The notes under the pieces were generated by a model, which saw nothing but the letters and a program-made list of their open reading frames with translations, was not told the DNA's origin and made no database searches. Positions 29,825 to 39,649 of a stretch of DNA of 64,000 nucleotides are shown one piece after another. The translations under genes were made by a program, and so were the position numbers. Numbering within the stretch: the first letter of the stretch is position 1; each line of letters opens with the position of its first letter. Origin of the DNA: an uncultured delta proteobacterium (GTDB lineage: Bacteria; Desulfobacterota; WTBG01); the NCBI GenBank assembly GCA_963793865.1, contig CAWCBP010000001.1, positions 512,001 through 576,000 on the forward strand, given 5' to 3'.

Positions 29825-30571
29825 CTATGTTATACTGTTTTTGCCGACAGGCGGTTTCGCCAACCGGACAAGGTAGTAGCGGTTCTTTTCAAGCACCTTG
29901 ACCATGACGCTGCCGATGCAGGGCCGCACCAGCAGTCCATCCTCATTGGTGCCGAGAAGGTTGAAGAGCTCAACGCAGCAGGTGCCGATATGGGTGCTGT
30001 CGGCAACCGAGTAGGGGGCGTTCATGAATTCCTGCCCCGCCCTGAATCTGGGGTCTGCAAAGTTGGAGTGCACCGCATCCCAGCCTGCCAGGAGATCTCC
30101 AAAAGAAGAGAGCTTTTTCTCCGACAGGTTGTTGAGACCCTTTACAATGGCCTCACCCATTTCCCTGGGGAATGCGCCCCATTCTGCAGGAATGCGGGAG
30201 CGGAACTTTGGATTATTGGCCAATTCAAACAGCTCTCCCTCGGGAGGAAAATCAATCGGTTCGAAGTCTGATTTCTCAATGGTCGTTTCCAGGAAAGGCT
30301 CATACTGTTTTTCGAGCGGGAAAGAAGTGACCACCAGCATTTCCCCCGCATGACGCGAAGCACGGTACCATGGCGCCGCATCGTGTTTGCAGATAACCTC
30401 CCATGTTGCCGGCTCAGCGTATCCGGCCTCGCCCCTGAGGGCCTCGCAGGGATTTTTCTCCGCGCGTGTCATGGCAATGTTGTGATGTGCCAATTCCCGC
30501 TGCAGCTCAGCCAGCGCTGATCCGTCCATCCAGTAGCAATGCTTCCATGCTCCGTTTTTCTTTTCCGGCAT
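29825..30571 (-). CDS. hypothetical protein (Cys-containing, weak DUF169-like C-terminus)
   Basis: 248 aa ORF with AGGAG RBS; TCCVELF...VRPCIGS. Confidence 0.6.
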   Translation of the reverse strand: MPEKKNGAWKHCYWMDGSALAELQRELAHHNIAMTRAEKNPCEALRGEAGYAEPATWEVICKHDAAPWYRASRHAGEMLVVTSFPLEKQYEPFLETTIEKSDFEPIDFPPEGELFELANNPKFRSRIPAEWGAFPREMGEAIVKGLNNLSEKKLSSFGDLLAGWDAVHSNFADPRFRAGQEFMNAPYSVADSTHIGTCCVELFNLLGTNEDGLLVRPCIGSVMVKVLEKNRYYLVRLAKPPVGKNSIT

Positions 30572-30688
30572 TTTTCTCTCCTTCGCTCCTCATGTCACTC
30601 GCACTGGTTATCGTCCGGCTGCATTTTTGTAGCGCATGCCCCCTTTACTTGTCAACCGAAATAATGGGGACCCCGGTCTGTTTATCCC

Positions 30689-30718
30689 TTGACAGGGCGG
30701 ACGCCATCTACATATAAT
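30689..30718 (+). promoter_or_regulatory. near-consensus sigma70 promoter
   Basis: TTGACA-N18-TATAAT. Confidence 0.65.
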
Positions 30719-30813
30719 ATTCTCATGTAATAGGCGTCCGGTAAAAGCTACTTTTTCAACACCCTGATAGATTCAGGTAAATGAGGGGGATAATTTTTCA
30801 CAGGAGGTGTGCC

Positions 30814-31314
30814 ATGAGGTTTCGGAACTGTATGCAATTGCTGGTGACGGGAGGTTTGTGTGTTGCTGTGCTTTTGAGTGTTTCAATTCCTGCGGGTGCT
30901 GCACCGGGCAGGTATGCAGCGCAGCCGGCGATGACCGGGCTGCTTCTGTCCTCGGCGGGCGTGGAGACGGAAGCGGTTGAATTGTACCGTGATGATGATA
31001 TCCGCAGGGCACTTTATATTCCCGATGTAAGGGGGAATGAGGTCCTCATCGGATTTCCGGATGCGGGGATAGGGCTGGAGGTGCCATTTCTCCTGGTTGT
31101 CAATGGGGAAGAGCTCACGGTGAAGGTAACCGCGGCGGGAGCGTTGACCGTGCTTGAAGGCGACCCGTCGGTCCTGCCGGCGGATGTCGGCGATTTTGTA
31201 GATTGCCTGGTGAACAATATCGTTGACCTTGTGAGATCCATCATAGAGATAAACATCGGCGGGATTATAGGCAACGTTTTGGAGTTGGTGGTCTGTGTAT
31301 TTGCGATTCTCTAG
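30814..31314 (+). CDS. hypothetical exported protein
   Basis: AGGAGG RBS, signal peptide (..PAGA|A), amphipathic C-terminal helices with two Cys. Confidence 0.65.
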   Translation: MRFRNCMQLLVTGGLCVAVLLSVSIPAGAAPGRYAAQPAMTGLLLSSAGVETEAVELYRDDDIRRALYIPDVRGNEVLIGFPDAGIGLEVPFLLVVNGEELTVKVTAAGALTVLEGDPSVLPADVGDFVDCLVNNIVDLVRSIIEINIGGIIGNVLELVVCVFAIL

Positions 31315-31411
31315 CAGGCTGTTAAAAACACCCATCTGATTTGCGGCTGAAAAGACCCTCCCCCGTTGAGCCTTTGATCAGCCTGAAGAAAACACTTTTT
31401 CAAAAGCCTGC
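31314..31411. mobile_element. MITE-like element with imperfect terminal inverted repeats
   Basis: GCAGGCTGTTAAAAA ... TTTTTCAAAAGCCTGC, about 98 bp, non-coding; the left-end motif CTAGCAGGCTGTT recurs at 60318. Confidence 0.45.
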
Positions 31412-31481
31412 CGGACGCATGTCTGTGTAAATCGTGCGAAGCAGAGGTGGGGGCGGTTCCAATGCCCCGCATCTCTGCTTT

Positions 31482-32318
31482 TCATTTTTTTTTGCCGTTT
31501 TCCCCGTGCGATTGTTCCAGCCACTCCTCAATGATTGACCAGTATCTGCCGGGATCATGAAAGGGCAGCCCGTTGTGGTCAGCCCCTTCGAAAAGATGCC
31601 GTTCCTTTGGCGCGTTGGCTGCTTCATATAATGCCGCGCTGTCCTTTGCATCAACAATTTCGTCCGCGGTACCGTGCAGGAAAAGCAGGGGGGCATGCAC
31701 TTTTGCGATCTTGGCATCATTGTCAAACCTGTCCCTGAGGATGAGGTTCGCGGGAAAGCAGTTCAACGGGAAATGATAGCCGGCAACGGAAGCAAGAGAC
31801 CTGAACGGGGTGACCAGGATCAGTCCTCTGCATCGGTGGCGCTCGGCGAGTTCAATGGCCACGCCGCACCCCAGCGATTCTCCATAGAACACCACCCGGT
31901 CAGGCCCCAGATTCTTCTCCTGTGCGAGCCATGCCAGGGAAGCCTCGGCATCGAGATAGAGGTTTTTTTCCGTCGGCACACCTTCACTCTTTCCATACCC
32001 GTGATAGTCGATGAGAAGAGCCGCGCACCCAATCCGGCTGAACTCGCGCAGGAGAAAATCCCGGTGCGTTATGTTCCCGGCGTTGCCGTGGAATATGAGT
32101 ACCGCCGGCTTATCATCCCTGCCGGAAATGAACAGACCGTTAATGACGCATCCGTCATCGCAGGTAATAAATACCTCTTCCTGACCCGCAGCATAGGGAG
32201 GGAAGCTAAACTGCTTATCACATTTGTGAGGGTAATAGATGACCGATCGCTGGAACAGAAAAAGGAGCAGCGCCACGCAGCCGTAAACGATGAAAAGGGA
32301 CAATATTATTTTTGTCAT
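31482..32318 (-). CDS. alpha/beta hydrolase (BEM46/ABHD13-like)
   Basis: N-terminal TM, FHGNAGN, DYHGYGKSEG, GESLG, HGTADEIV, GADHN. Confidence 0.9.
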   Translation of the reverse strand: MTKIILSLFIVYGCVALLLFLFQRSVIYYPHKCDKQFSFPPYAAGQEEVFITCDDGCVINGLFISGRDDKPAVLIFHGNAGNITHRDFLLREFSRIGCAALLIDYHGYGKSEGVPTEKNLYLDAEASLAWLAQEKNLGPDRVVFYGESLGCGVAIELAERHRCRGLILVTPFRSLASVAGYHFPLNCFPANLILRDRFDNDAKIAKVHAPLLFLHGTADEIVDAKDSAALYEAANAPKERHLFEGADHNGLPFHDPGRYWSIIEEWLEQSHGENGKKK

Positions 32319-32530
32319 GGCAACATATTTTTTCTTTCCCGCTCAAGAAAGCTCATCCTGGTTTCCATGGTGCGGATGATTTCCTTGATCTTGATCTGCA
32401 TGGAGGCGAGGGCCTGCTCGTTCTGGATGTCAATTAATTTGGCATGCCAGAAGGCGATGGCATCCTTTTCGGTGACGAGGCGGTCGATGTCCACTTTCTT
32501 CCTCATCATGTCTTCAAACTGTTTGTCCAC
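32315..32530 (-). CDS. small hypothetical helical protein
   Basis: 71 aa, AGGAG RBS, stop overlaps the hydrolase start (ATGA). Confidence 0.65.
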   Translation of the reverse strand: MDKQFEDMMRKKVDIDRLVTEKDAIAFWHAKLIDIQNEQALASMQIKIKEIIRTMETRMSFLERERKNMLP

Positions 32531-32726
32531 GGTACATTTCTCCTGTTAATGGTTGTTTTCGTCCTTCCGCCCCGGGGTGAGCCGTCAACGTGAAGATCGG
32601 CAATGAAGGCGATTTTCAGGGAAAAGACTTGTCGTCATGACATGTTTTGATTTATGATCAATGTGAACAATCATGCCGGCGTGCCTGTCTTATTAACTCA
32701 GTATCTTGATTCTGGCAAGGAGAAAT

Positions 32727-33364
32727 ATGGTTACCATAATCCTGATCAGACACGGTGAGACGGACTGGAACCGGGAACAGGTCTTCAGGGGCAAAATTGA
32801 CGTGCCCCTGAATGAGGTCGGCCTGTCCCAGGCACGCGGCGTAAAGAAGGCGCTTGAGGGGGTAGCCATTGACGTGATCTATGCAAGCCCGCTCTCACGG
32901 GCCTTGGATACTGCCAGGGTGCTTTCCGAAGGAAGTGCACTGGATGTCAGGACAGACGAAGGTTTCAGCGATGTTGATTTTGGTTCCTGGCAGGGTTTAT
33001 CTCATCAAAAGGTCAAAGAGCAATTCCCGGATCTCTATGCCACCTGGGTTACTGATCCCCAGCTGGTAATGTTTCCCCGGGGTGAAACCCTGCTCAAGGT
33101 GCAGAAAAGGTCCATGGCCGCCCTCGATCGCGCCATAGAAAGCAGCCCGGGATAAAACCATCGCCGTCGTTTCCCACCGGGTTGTCAATAAAGTCATTTT
33201 ATGCGCGGTGCTTGGGCTTGATCTCTCCCGCTTCTGGCATGTGAAGCAGGACACCTGCGCCATAAACCGGTTTGAGCGCCGTGAAGGCGGCTATTACCTC
33301 ACCCTCCTCAATGATACCTGTCATTTGAGGGAGCGTGGCGGGTGCATCGTTGGCAGATTTTTAA
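32727..33364 (+). CDS. histidine phosphatase (CobC/GpmB-like; frameshifts near 33152 and 33334)
   Basis: LIRHGETDWN, SPLSRA, VDFGSWQG; VVSHRVVNK in the shifted frame; probable end ...LADF*. Confidence 0.85.
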
Positions 33365-33449
33365 CTGGGTGTCAAGTTTCCAAAATTTCTTGTCTCGTTG
33401 CTGTTACCCTGAAGGTGGGCGGGACATCACATCTTTGAAACAAAAATGC

Positions 33450-33476
33450 GTAGGGGCGACCGGCCGGTCGCCCCTA
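33450..33476. repeat. GTAG-type REP-like palindrome
   Basis: GTAGGGGCGACCGG-CCGGTCGCCCCTA, a perfect palindrome between convergent genes. Confidence 0.75.
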
Positions 33477-33508
33477 TGCTGCAAGTTGAAGATATCGAAT
33501 GCTTTATA

Positions 33509-34351
33509 TTACGTGTAGCTGTGCAGGCCTGAAAGAACATAGTTTACCCCCAGGAAGGTGAAGATAACGCCGCAGAAGCCAATGATGGAGAGCACGGCCG
33601 TCCTGGTTCCCCTCCATCCCCTGGTCAGCCTGGCGTGGAGAAAGGTTGCGTAAATGAACCAGGTGATAAGCGACCAGGTTTCCTTGGGGTCCCAGCTCCA
33701 GTAGCTTCCCCAGGCGTAGTTTGCCCAGACCGCGCCGGTGATAATGCCGATTCCCAGCAGCAGGAACCCCACCGCGTTGGCCTTATAGATGATCTCATCA
33801 AGCAGGGTGGCGGCGGGGAGGGTGCCCTCTTCATCGGCTTCCTCCCGTATCTCACCTTTTCTTTTTTTAAGCAGGAAGGCGATGCTGGCGCCGAAGGAAA
33901 CGGCAAAGGCCGCGTAGGAGAGAAAGCAGGTGAGCACGTGATAGGTAAGCCAGTTGCTCTGCAGGGCGGGAATCAGCGGTTCGATTTCATCCTGAACGTT
34001 GGTTGATAGAGAAGCGTAGGCCATGGCGATGGATGCGATGGGAAACACGAAAGCGCCCAGGGTGATATTTTTAAAGCGCTGCTCCATGATCAGGAGAACA
34101 AGCACCATGCACCAGGACATGGATGCAAGGGTCTCATACAAATTGGCCAGCGGGATGTGTCCGTATCCCGCCTGGTAGGATTCATACCAGCGCAGCCCCA
34201 ATCCGGCGGTGTGGGCCAGGAGGCCGATGACGGTAATGGCCTTTATGGCCATGGCCAGCCGGGGATGTTTGAAAAAGAGGTAGTAGAAATAAAGCACCAT
34301 GGTAAACAGATAGATGAAGGTGGTGATGCCGAGAAAAAACGAGCTGTTCAT
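33509..34351 (-). CDS. ccsA: system II cytochrome c synthase, WWD subunit (CcsA/ResC)
   Basis: GHIPLANLYE, PALQSNWLTYHV, GAVWANYAWGSYWSWDPKETWS, GLHSY. Confidence 0.95.
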   Translation of the reverse strand: MNSSFFLGITTFIYLFTMVLYFYYLFFKHPRLAMAIKAITVIGLLAHTAGLGLRWYESYQAGYGHIPLANLYETLASMSWCMVLVLLIMEQRFKNITLGAFVFPIASIAMAYASLSTNVQDEIEPLIPALQSNWLTYHVLTCFLSYAAFAVSFGASIAFLLKKRKGEIREEADEEGTLPAATLLDEIIYKANAVGFLLLGIGIITGAVWANYAWGSYWSWDPKETWSLITWFIYATFLHARLTRGWRGTRTAVLSIIGFCGVIFTFLGVNYVLSGLHSYT

Positions 34352-34366
34352 TATGATTTTCTCCTT

Positions 34367-35776
34367 TTAGGCAATGCTGTCCGCCTTATCCAGCCGCTTC
34401 AGTTCCTGCTGTATCCGGGTGAAGGTTTGAGAGAAGGATAGCATATTCTTGCTGCTGGAGCCAGCCATGGTGAGGGTAAAATCGCCCTTTTTGGGTTCAA
34501 CCGCTATCCACAGTCTTTGATGGCTTAAAAAGCAGATAACATAGCATCCCACGCAGAGCAGGAAACAGCCCAGCCACACCACCCACACGCCGGGGTCCCG
34601 GGTGAGCTGCAGGCCGGTATATTCTTTTGCTGAAACATTGAGCAGGGTAAACCGGTAGGGACCTTTTCCTGCCCCGTGAAAGTCGGGGAAATTTTGAAAA
34701 ATCCACTGCTCCTCGAGGAGGGAGCCTTCTTTAAAGAGGGCGATCTGGGCGGCGGGATTTTTCAGCTCCTGGGAGCGGCTGACTACCTGGTTGTCCTTTC
34801 CCAGGGAAAAGTCGGGTACGAAGCGTTTCACTTCAATTTCATACCCCGGCTCATCAAGGGGGATTCGCTGGCCTGCCGCAGCCTGGTAATTCCTGGACTG
34901 GTCTCCTGCCGCCCTGTTCTGTACCCCCAGGGTGAGCGATCCCTGGCCGGAGGTGGTTCCGTAGCTGGACTGGTAGATCCATACCCCCTTGTACTGCAGG
35001 GGGTCGTTTACCTCGATGCGCTTCTTTTTCACCTCTTTGCCCCCGTCAATAATGGCAAGTTCGCTGGTGAAATCCTTGGGCCTCTGGCCGCCTGCGTAGA
35101 AGGTAACCTGGAAATCATCACAGCGGATGGAGAAATCGAGTTTTTTCTCCCGGGTGGTGCCCCGGAGCACCATGGTGTCGTTTGACGATCCCTCCACCAC
35201 CTGCATGTACCCCTGGTAGCCCAGATTGCCGAGGATGCCCCCGATGATGATGAAGACAATCCCGAAGTGGGTGATGTAAAACCCCAGCCTGGAAAATTTG
35301 CCTCCTTCCGCGAAGAGACGGTAGGTGCCGGAGGGAGATAAGGCCGCGGTCTTGACCGGCAGATGCTTTTTTACCGTGCTGATGATCATCTCCCACGCCT
35401 GCTGGTCACATGATTTAAGGCGCTGGGTTTTTTTCAGCGGGAGCGTTTGCAGGAGCTGCTCGTCCAGGTCCTTCTCTTCTTTTGTCATCATCCGCCAGAA
35501 GGCGGGGAAGCGGTTAAGCGAGCAGCAGATGAGGTTGAGGGTGAAGAGCGTCAGCAGCGCAATAAACCACCAGGAGTGATACATGTTGTCGATGTTGAGA
35601 AGGTGAATCAGCTTGTAGGTTGAAGGCTTATAGAAGCGGAGATACACTGCAGCCGCTTCGTTTTGCGGGATGATGGTGCCCACAATGGAGGTGATGGATA
35701 TGATGATCAAAATGGTGATGGTCAGCTTGAGAGAGATAAAGAAAGACCACACCTGCTTCATAAATGAGTTTTTCAA
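34367..35776 (-). CDS. resB: system II cytochrome c biogenesis protein ResB/Ccs1
   Basis: SIVGTIIPQ, YHSWWF, ITHFG, VNDPLQYKG..IYQSSY, YTGLQLTRDPG. Confidence 0.93.
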   Translation of the reverse strand: MKNSFMKQVWSFFISLKLTITILIIISITSIVGTIIPQNEAAAVYLRFYKPSTYKLIHLLNIDNMYHSWWFIALLTLFTLNLICCSLNRFPAFWRMMTKEEKDLDEQLLQTLPLKKTQRLKSCDQQAWEMIISTVKKHLPVKTAALSPSGTYRLFAEGGKFSRLGFYITHFGIVFIIIGGILGNLGYQGYMQVVEGSSNDTMVLRGTTREKKLDFSIRCDDFQVTFYAGGQRPKDFTSELAIIDGGKEVKKKRIEVNDPLQYKGVWIYQSSYGTTSGQGSLTLGVQNRAAGDQSRNYQAAAGQRIPLDEPGYEIEVKRFVPDFSLGKDNQVVSRSQELKNPAAQIALFKEGSLLEEQWIFQNFPDFHGAGKGPYRFTLLNVSAKEYTGLQLTRDPGVWVVWLGCFLLCVGCYVICFLSHQRLWIAVEPKKGDFTLTMAGSSSKNMLSFSQTFTRIQQELKRLDKADSIA

Positions 35777-35818
35777 GGCAATCCCCTTTGGCGGTTGTCG
35801 CGTTGCGGCCGTACTTTC

Positions 35819-36775
35819 TCAGTCCGGGAGCTGTAAGACCCGCACCCTGTCGGCGAGCATTTCCACCACATACAGTTTCCGGTTTTTGTCGATGAAGATG
35901 CCGGTGGGCGTTTTGAATTTTATAACCGTACCGCTTTCATCGCCCAGCACCCATAAGAACCTGCCCTGGCCATCGAACACCTGGATGACCCCCAGATAGC
36001 TGTCGCTTACAAATACCCTGCCGGCAGGGTCGATCGCCACCCCCTTCGGCCTGTAAAGCTGTCCCGGTTCAACCCCGAAACTCCCGATGCCGGCGAGGTA
36101 TGCGCCCTCCGGGTCAAGGACCTTCACCCGGGTGTTGATGACCTCCACGATATACAGATTGCCCCCGCTATCCATGTCCAGCATGAAGGGATAGCGGAAC
36201 TCCTTTTTTTCCATGCCCATGACCCCTTCGCTTCTGAGGAATTTCATGGACTGAAGATCGTAGATGATAACACGATGATTGTCATTGTCAACAACGTAGC
36301 ATCGCTTAAGGAGGCTATTTACCGCCACGTCGGTAGGATCGGATGCCCTGCTGTGATCGCGGTCAATATCGGTTGAGAGCTGTGAGAGGTATGAGCCGTC
36401 AGGGGTGAAGATCTGCACCCGGTGATTGCCGGCATCAGCCACATAGACCCGGTTGCCGGCATCAATCCCGATCCCCAGCGGGAAGTTGAATTCTCCGCTG
36501 CCGCTTCCGCTTGTGCCGAACGAGAAGAGATTGTTTCCCGCGGTGCTGTATACCTTCACCCGGTTGTTCACCCCGTCCAGAACGTAGACCCTCTCGTTGG
36601 TTCCGGCCGCCACGTCGCTCGGCTGCCGTAACTCCCCCTGAATCAGGCCAAGAGTTTTCGTTTTTAAAACAGGAACGGAAGCGGCATGGCTGTATGTCCG
36701 GGGAGCACATACGCCCAGAAGGATGGTGAGCAAAACGGATACGATGGTACACAAATTCTGCACGCACAACCTCAT
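35819..36775 (-). CDS. exported NHL-repeat beta-propeller protein (copy 1)
   Basis: Signal peptide; repeats of PSDVA...YVLDGVNNRV, GEFNFPLGI...YVADAGNHRVQ, LYRPKGVA. Confidence 0.9.
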   Translation of the reverse strand: MRLCVQNLCTIVSVLLTILLGVCAPRTYSHAASVPVLKTKTLGLIQGELRQPSDVAAGTNERVYVLDGVNNRVKVYSTAGNNLFSFGTSGSGSGEFNFPLGIGIDAGNRVYVADAGNHRVQIFTPDGSYLSQLSTDIDRDHSRASDPTDVAVNSLLKRCYVVDNDNHRVIIYDLQSMKFLRSEGVMGMEKKEFRYPFMLDMDSGGNLYIVEVINTRVKVLDPEGAYLAGIGSFGVEPGQLYRPKGVAIDPAGRVFVSDSYLGVIQVFDGQGRFLWVLGDESGTVIKFKTPTGIFIDKNRKLYVVEMLADRVRVLQLPD

Positions 36776-36792
36776 GCCGGTTAAGAAGATAA

Positions 36793-37587
36793 TCAGTCGT
36801 CCGCCCGGGGTTCTTTTGTCCTGCCTGCCGCATCAGGATCGAACATGGTGGGGAGATAAAATTTAGTGTACTCGTCTATCAGCTTAATTACCTCGAGCTG
36901 AAACAGCTGATCGATTCTGCCCTGGCTGTAACCGAGCGCGCTCAGGGCAAGGTATCCCTGCGGACGATGGCACTCCTTGCAGGTTACCGCATCCTTGGAA
37001 ATATGCTGCATCAGCTCTTCCTGAATCTTCTTTCTCTGCTCTTCCGTATAGGTGTCTCTCAGTTTCATGAACTCCAGGGCCAGCGCTTCCCTGGGGAATA
37101 TGTCCAGCCGGCTGCCCCCCCGCAGGGGAACGATTTTCGCGCCGTAATTTCCCTGCGCGCCCTTGATTTCCGTCAGCGCCCGGCCGGTTTTGTCATCAAA
37201 CCATTGGAAGCCGAAGGACTCTCCTTCCTTCGGCCTGATGTGGCAGGTTTCGCAGGCAAGATAGAACGAGTGCATGTTATAGAACGCACGCACGTCCTGT
37301 GACTTGGCATGGCAGAAATTGCCGTGGCAGCGCAGGCACATGGGGGCGTTTTCTTCGTCACTGTAAGCGGCCTGATCGGGAATGTGAAAGCGACCTGTTT
37401 CCAGGGGGCGTTCTATGGTCTTGGTAAATTTTTCGCTGCTGGTGTATTCGGGCAGCACCGCCCTGGTTTTGGACGGGAAATAGAGGAACTTGGCCAGCGC
37501 GATGAGGCTGAAAATCACCAGCAGGGACAGGAGCAGGCCCGCGCAATTAAGCAGCATTTTCAAAAGGACACCTGATGATCGTTTCAT
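36793..37587 (-). CDS. membrane-anchored triheme cytochrome c (module A, part 3)
   Basis: N-terminal TM; CLRCH, CETCH, CKECH. Confidence 0.85.
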   Translation of the reverse strand: MKRSSGVLLKMLLNCAGLLLSLLVIFSLIALAKFLYFPSKTRAVLPEYTSSEKFTKTIERPLETGRFHIPDQAAYSDEENAPMCLRCHGNFCHAKSQDVRAFYNMHSFYLACETCHIRPKEGESFGFQWFDDKTGRALTEIKGAQGNYGAKIVPLRGGSRLDIFPREALALEFMKLRDTYTEEQRKKIQEELMQHISKDAVTCKECHRPQGYLALSALGYSQGRIDQLFQLEVIKLIDEYTKFYLPTMFDPDAAGRTKEPRADD

Positions 37588-37607
37588 GGAACGCTTTCCT
37601 CTGAGAG

Positions 37608-38367
37608 CTACATGTCAGGGATGGTGGAGAGTCTTCCGCCAGGCTTGGCTGATGCGGCCTGTTCAGCTTCTTTGATGCGCCGGTACTGTAAAGGATGCTC
37701 TTCCTCCAGTTCATGCTCCGCTATCAGCCCGTCCAGCCAGATGGTGGACATGGGAAACTTGCCCGGCTTGAGGTGAACCTCATAAAAGTGCCACACCATG
37801 ATGGCGGAGGAGGCGAGGATGGCTTCCATGGTGTGGACGAGTATGGAAAGATCAAAAATGAATTTGGGGAAATACTGGGGAAACCAGAGAAAGAATCCGG
37901 TGAGGGTAATGATGATGTTGCCGATCCATCCCGTCCAGTATTCCAGCTTTTCCTTGTAATTGAAGCGGTCAAAGAGCGGTTTCGTGCCGTTAATGCGCAG
38001 ATAGTAAAGCATGTTTTGCATGAAGTCTTTGGCATCCTTGAGCGACGGTATCATGTCAAGCAGGTAGCCTCTTCCGGAGCGGGTAAGAAGGATATACCAG
38101 ATTTGATAGAGGATGTTGGCACTCATGATAACGGCGGCGATGCGGTGGAGTATCCCCCGCCAGTAGAAAACCGGTTCCCGGTAGGTGCCGAAGACATTCA
38201 GAATACTTTCAGGGAACTCCACCATGAATCCGGTTATGGCCAGGGTTACAAAGGTGGTCCAGACAAGGTGGTGCTGAACCCGCTCGTGGAAGGTAAGCCG
38301 CACATATGCTTTTTCCTTTTCGGTCGGGGAACTTCCGGGGCTCCCGGGTGATGGTGAGTTTATTCAT
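37608..38367 (-). CDS. FdnI/HydC-type cytochrome b (module A, part 2; frameshift near 38325)
   Basis: ERVQHH, LHR, RFNYKEKLEYW, VH...WH; the ATG overlaps the upstream stop (ATGA). Confidence 0.85.
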
Positions 38368-39556
38368 AAGTGGGCACCTCTCTTATTCATTTCCCTCCTG
38401 GTGGCGAGAAAATCAAGAAATTGATGAACGATCATGAAGCTGATGAGTCCGCCGATAAGCAGCATATAAAAATACCGTGATCAAACGAAGCATGAGCAGC
38501 CGGGTAGTAATCAAGAGTGGTCAGCTCTTTCTGCGCCTTCTCTTCAAAAGGGATACGAAACGGTTTCAGTTCACCCGACTTGATCTGCTCTTGCTTTTCC
38601 AGGGTCGCCAGCTTGAGGTCAAAGATCGCCGCCTTTGCACCCGAGGGATGAATCTTTCCCTGGGCGAAGGCGGGGGTGGCGTCGATGTGACACTCCTGGA
38701 CGCCGTTGGGGTTGCTGCAGGTGCGAACCAGGTTGTCCCTGGATACCGCCGAGCGGGGATCGTCCTTGGGCATGATGGTATGGGAAAAATACCCCACCGG
38801 CGCGTGGCAGTCGATGCAGTTGGGGGCGTCGGGATTGCCGTATTTTATGGATTGCCAGTGGAAGGTGTCGCGGTACGTGCCCGTTGCCTCCAGGCCGTGA
38901 CGCTTCATCTTTTCCTCGTCCTCGTGGCATGACGCGCACAGTTCAACCATGTCTTTGGAAGTGCGGCGCTCTTTTATGCGGTGGGTGAGATGGGTAAAAT
39001 AAGTCCTGGTCCATGCCTCTTCCTCGTGGCAGCCCAGGCAGCGCTCGAGTATCTCCCGGGAAATGTCCTCCAGTTGACTGCCGAGGTGTATGGGGTCGAG
39101 AATGCGATTTTCGTGGCAGTAGGTACAGGTGGGCAGGTCTTCGGCATGTTCCTTCTCCTTTCCGTCAGCCATCCTGCCATGGACGCTGTTATCATATTCC
39201 TCGATCATCCTGGCGTGGGAAAACTTTCTTTCCACCGACGGTTCCACCAGGTGACATTCCGTGGCGCAGTCAACCTTTTTGACGTCCCCGTGAGGAAATT
39301 CTTCAATGTCCACATGGCACCCCCTGCAGCGGACGCGTCCGTGGGCGGAATGACCGTATCTGTCCTGATTGACATAGAAGAGGCGCTTGGTTCCGGACTC
39401 ATCGATTCTGCCCAGGCCGGAGTACTTGTGGCACAGGTCGCAGTTCTCAACGTCGGCCGCCGGGAGCGGTGCGCGGAGCAGTAATGAAGCGGCAAGCACC
39501 GAGGCAACAAGGGCCGCCCTCAATAAAACCGGTTTGAATTTCATAGGCTGCTGCAC
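38364..39556 (-). CDS. multiheme cytochrome c with C-terminal TM (CbcA/CbcL-like; module A, part 1; frameshifts near 38503 and 38476)
   Basis: Signal peptide; 6 CxxCH plus CATECH and CSNPNGVQECH; repaired tail YFYMLLIGGLISFMIVHQFLDF. Confidence 0.82.
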
Positions 39557-39649
39557 CTCTTCATGCAGGGATGGTACCGTGATTAGTTATAAATGGATTG
39601 GCAGACAGTTGTCAAGCGCCGGCGCAGGCCGGCCATTCAAGCTGCCGCT

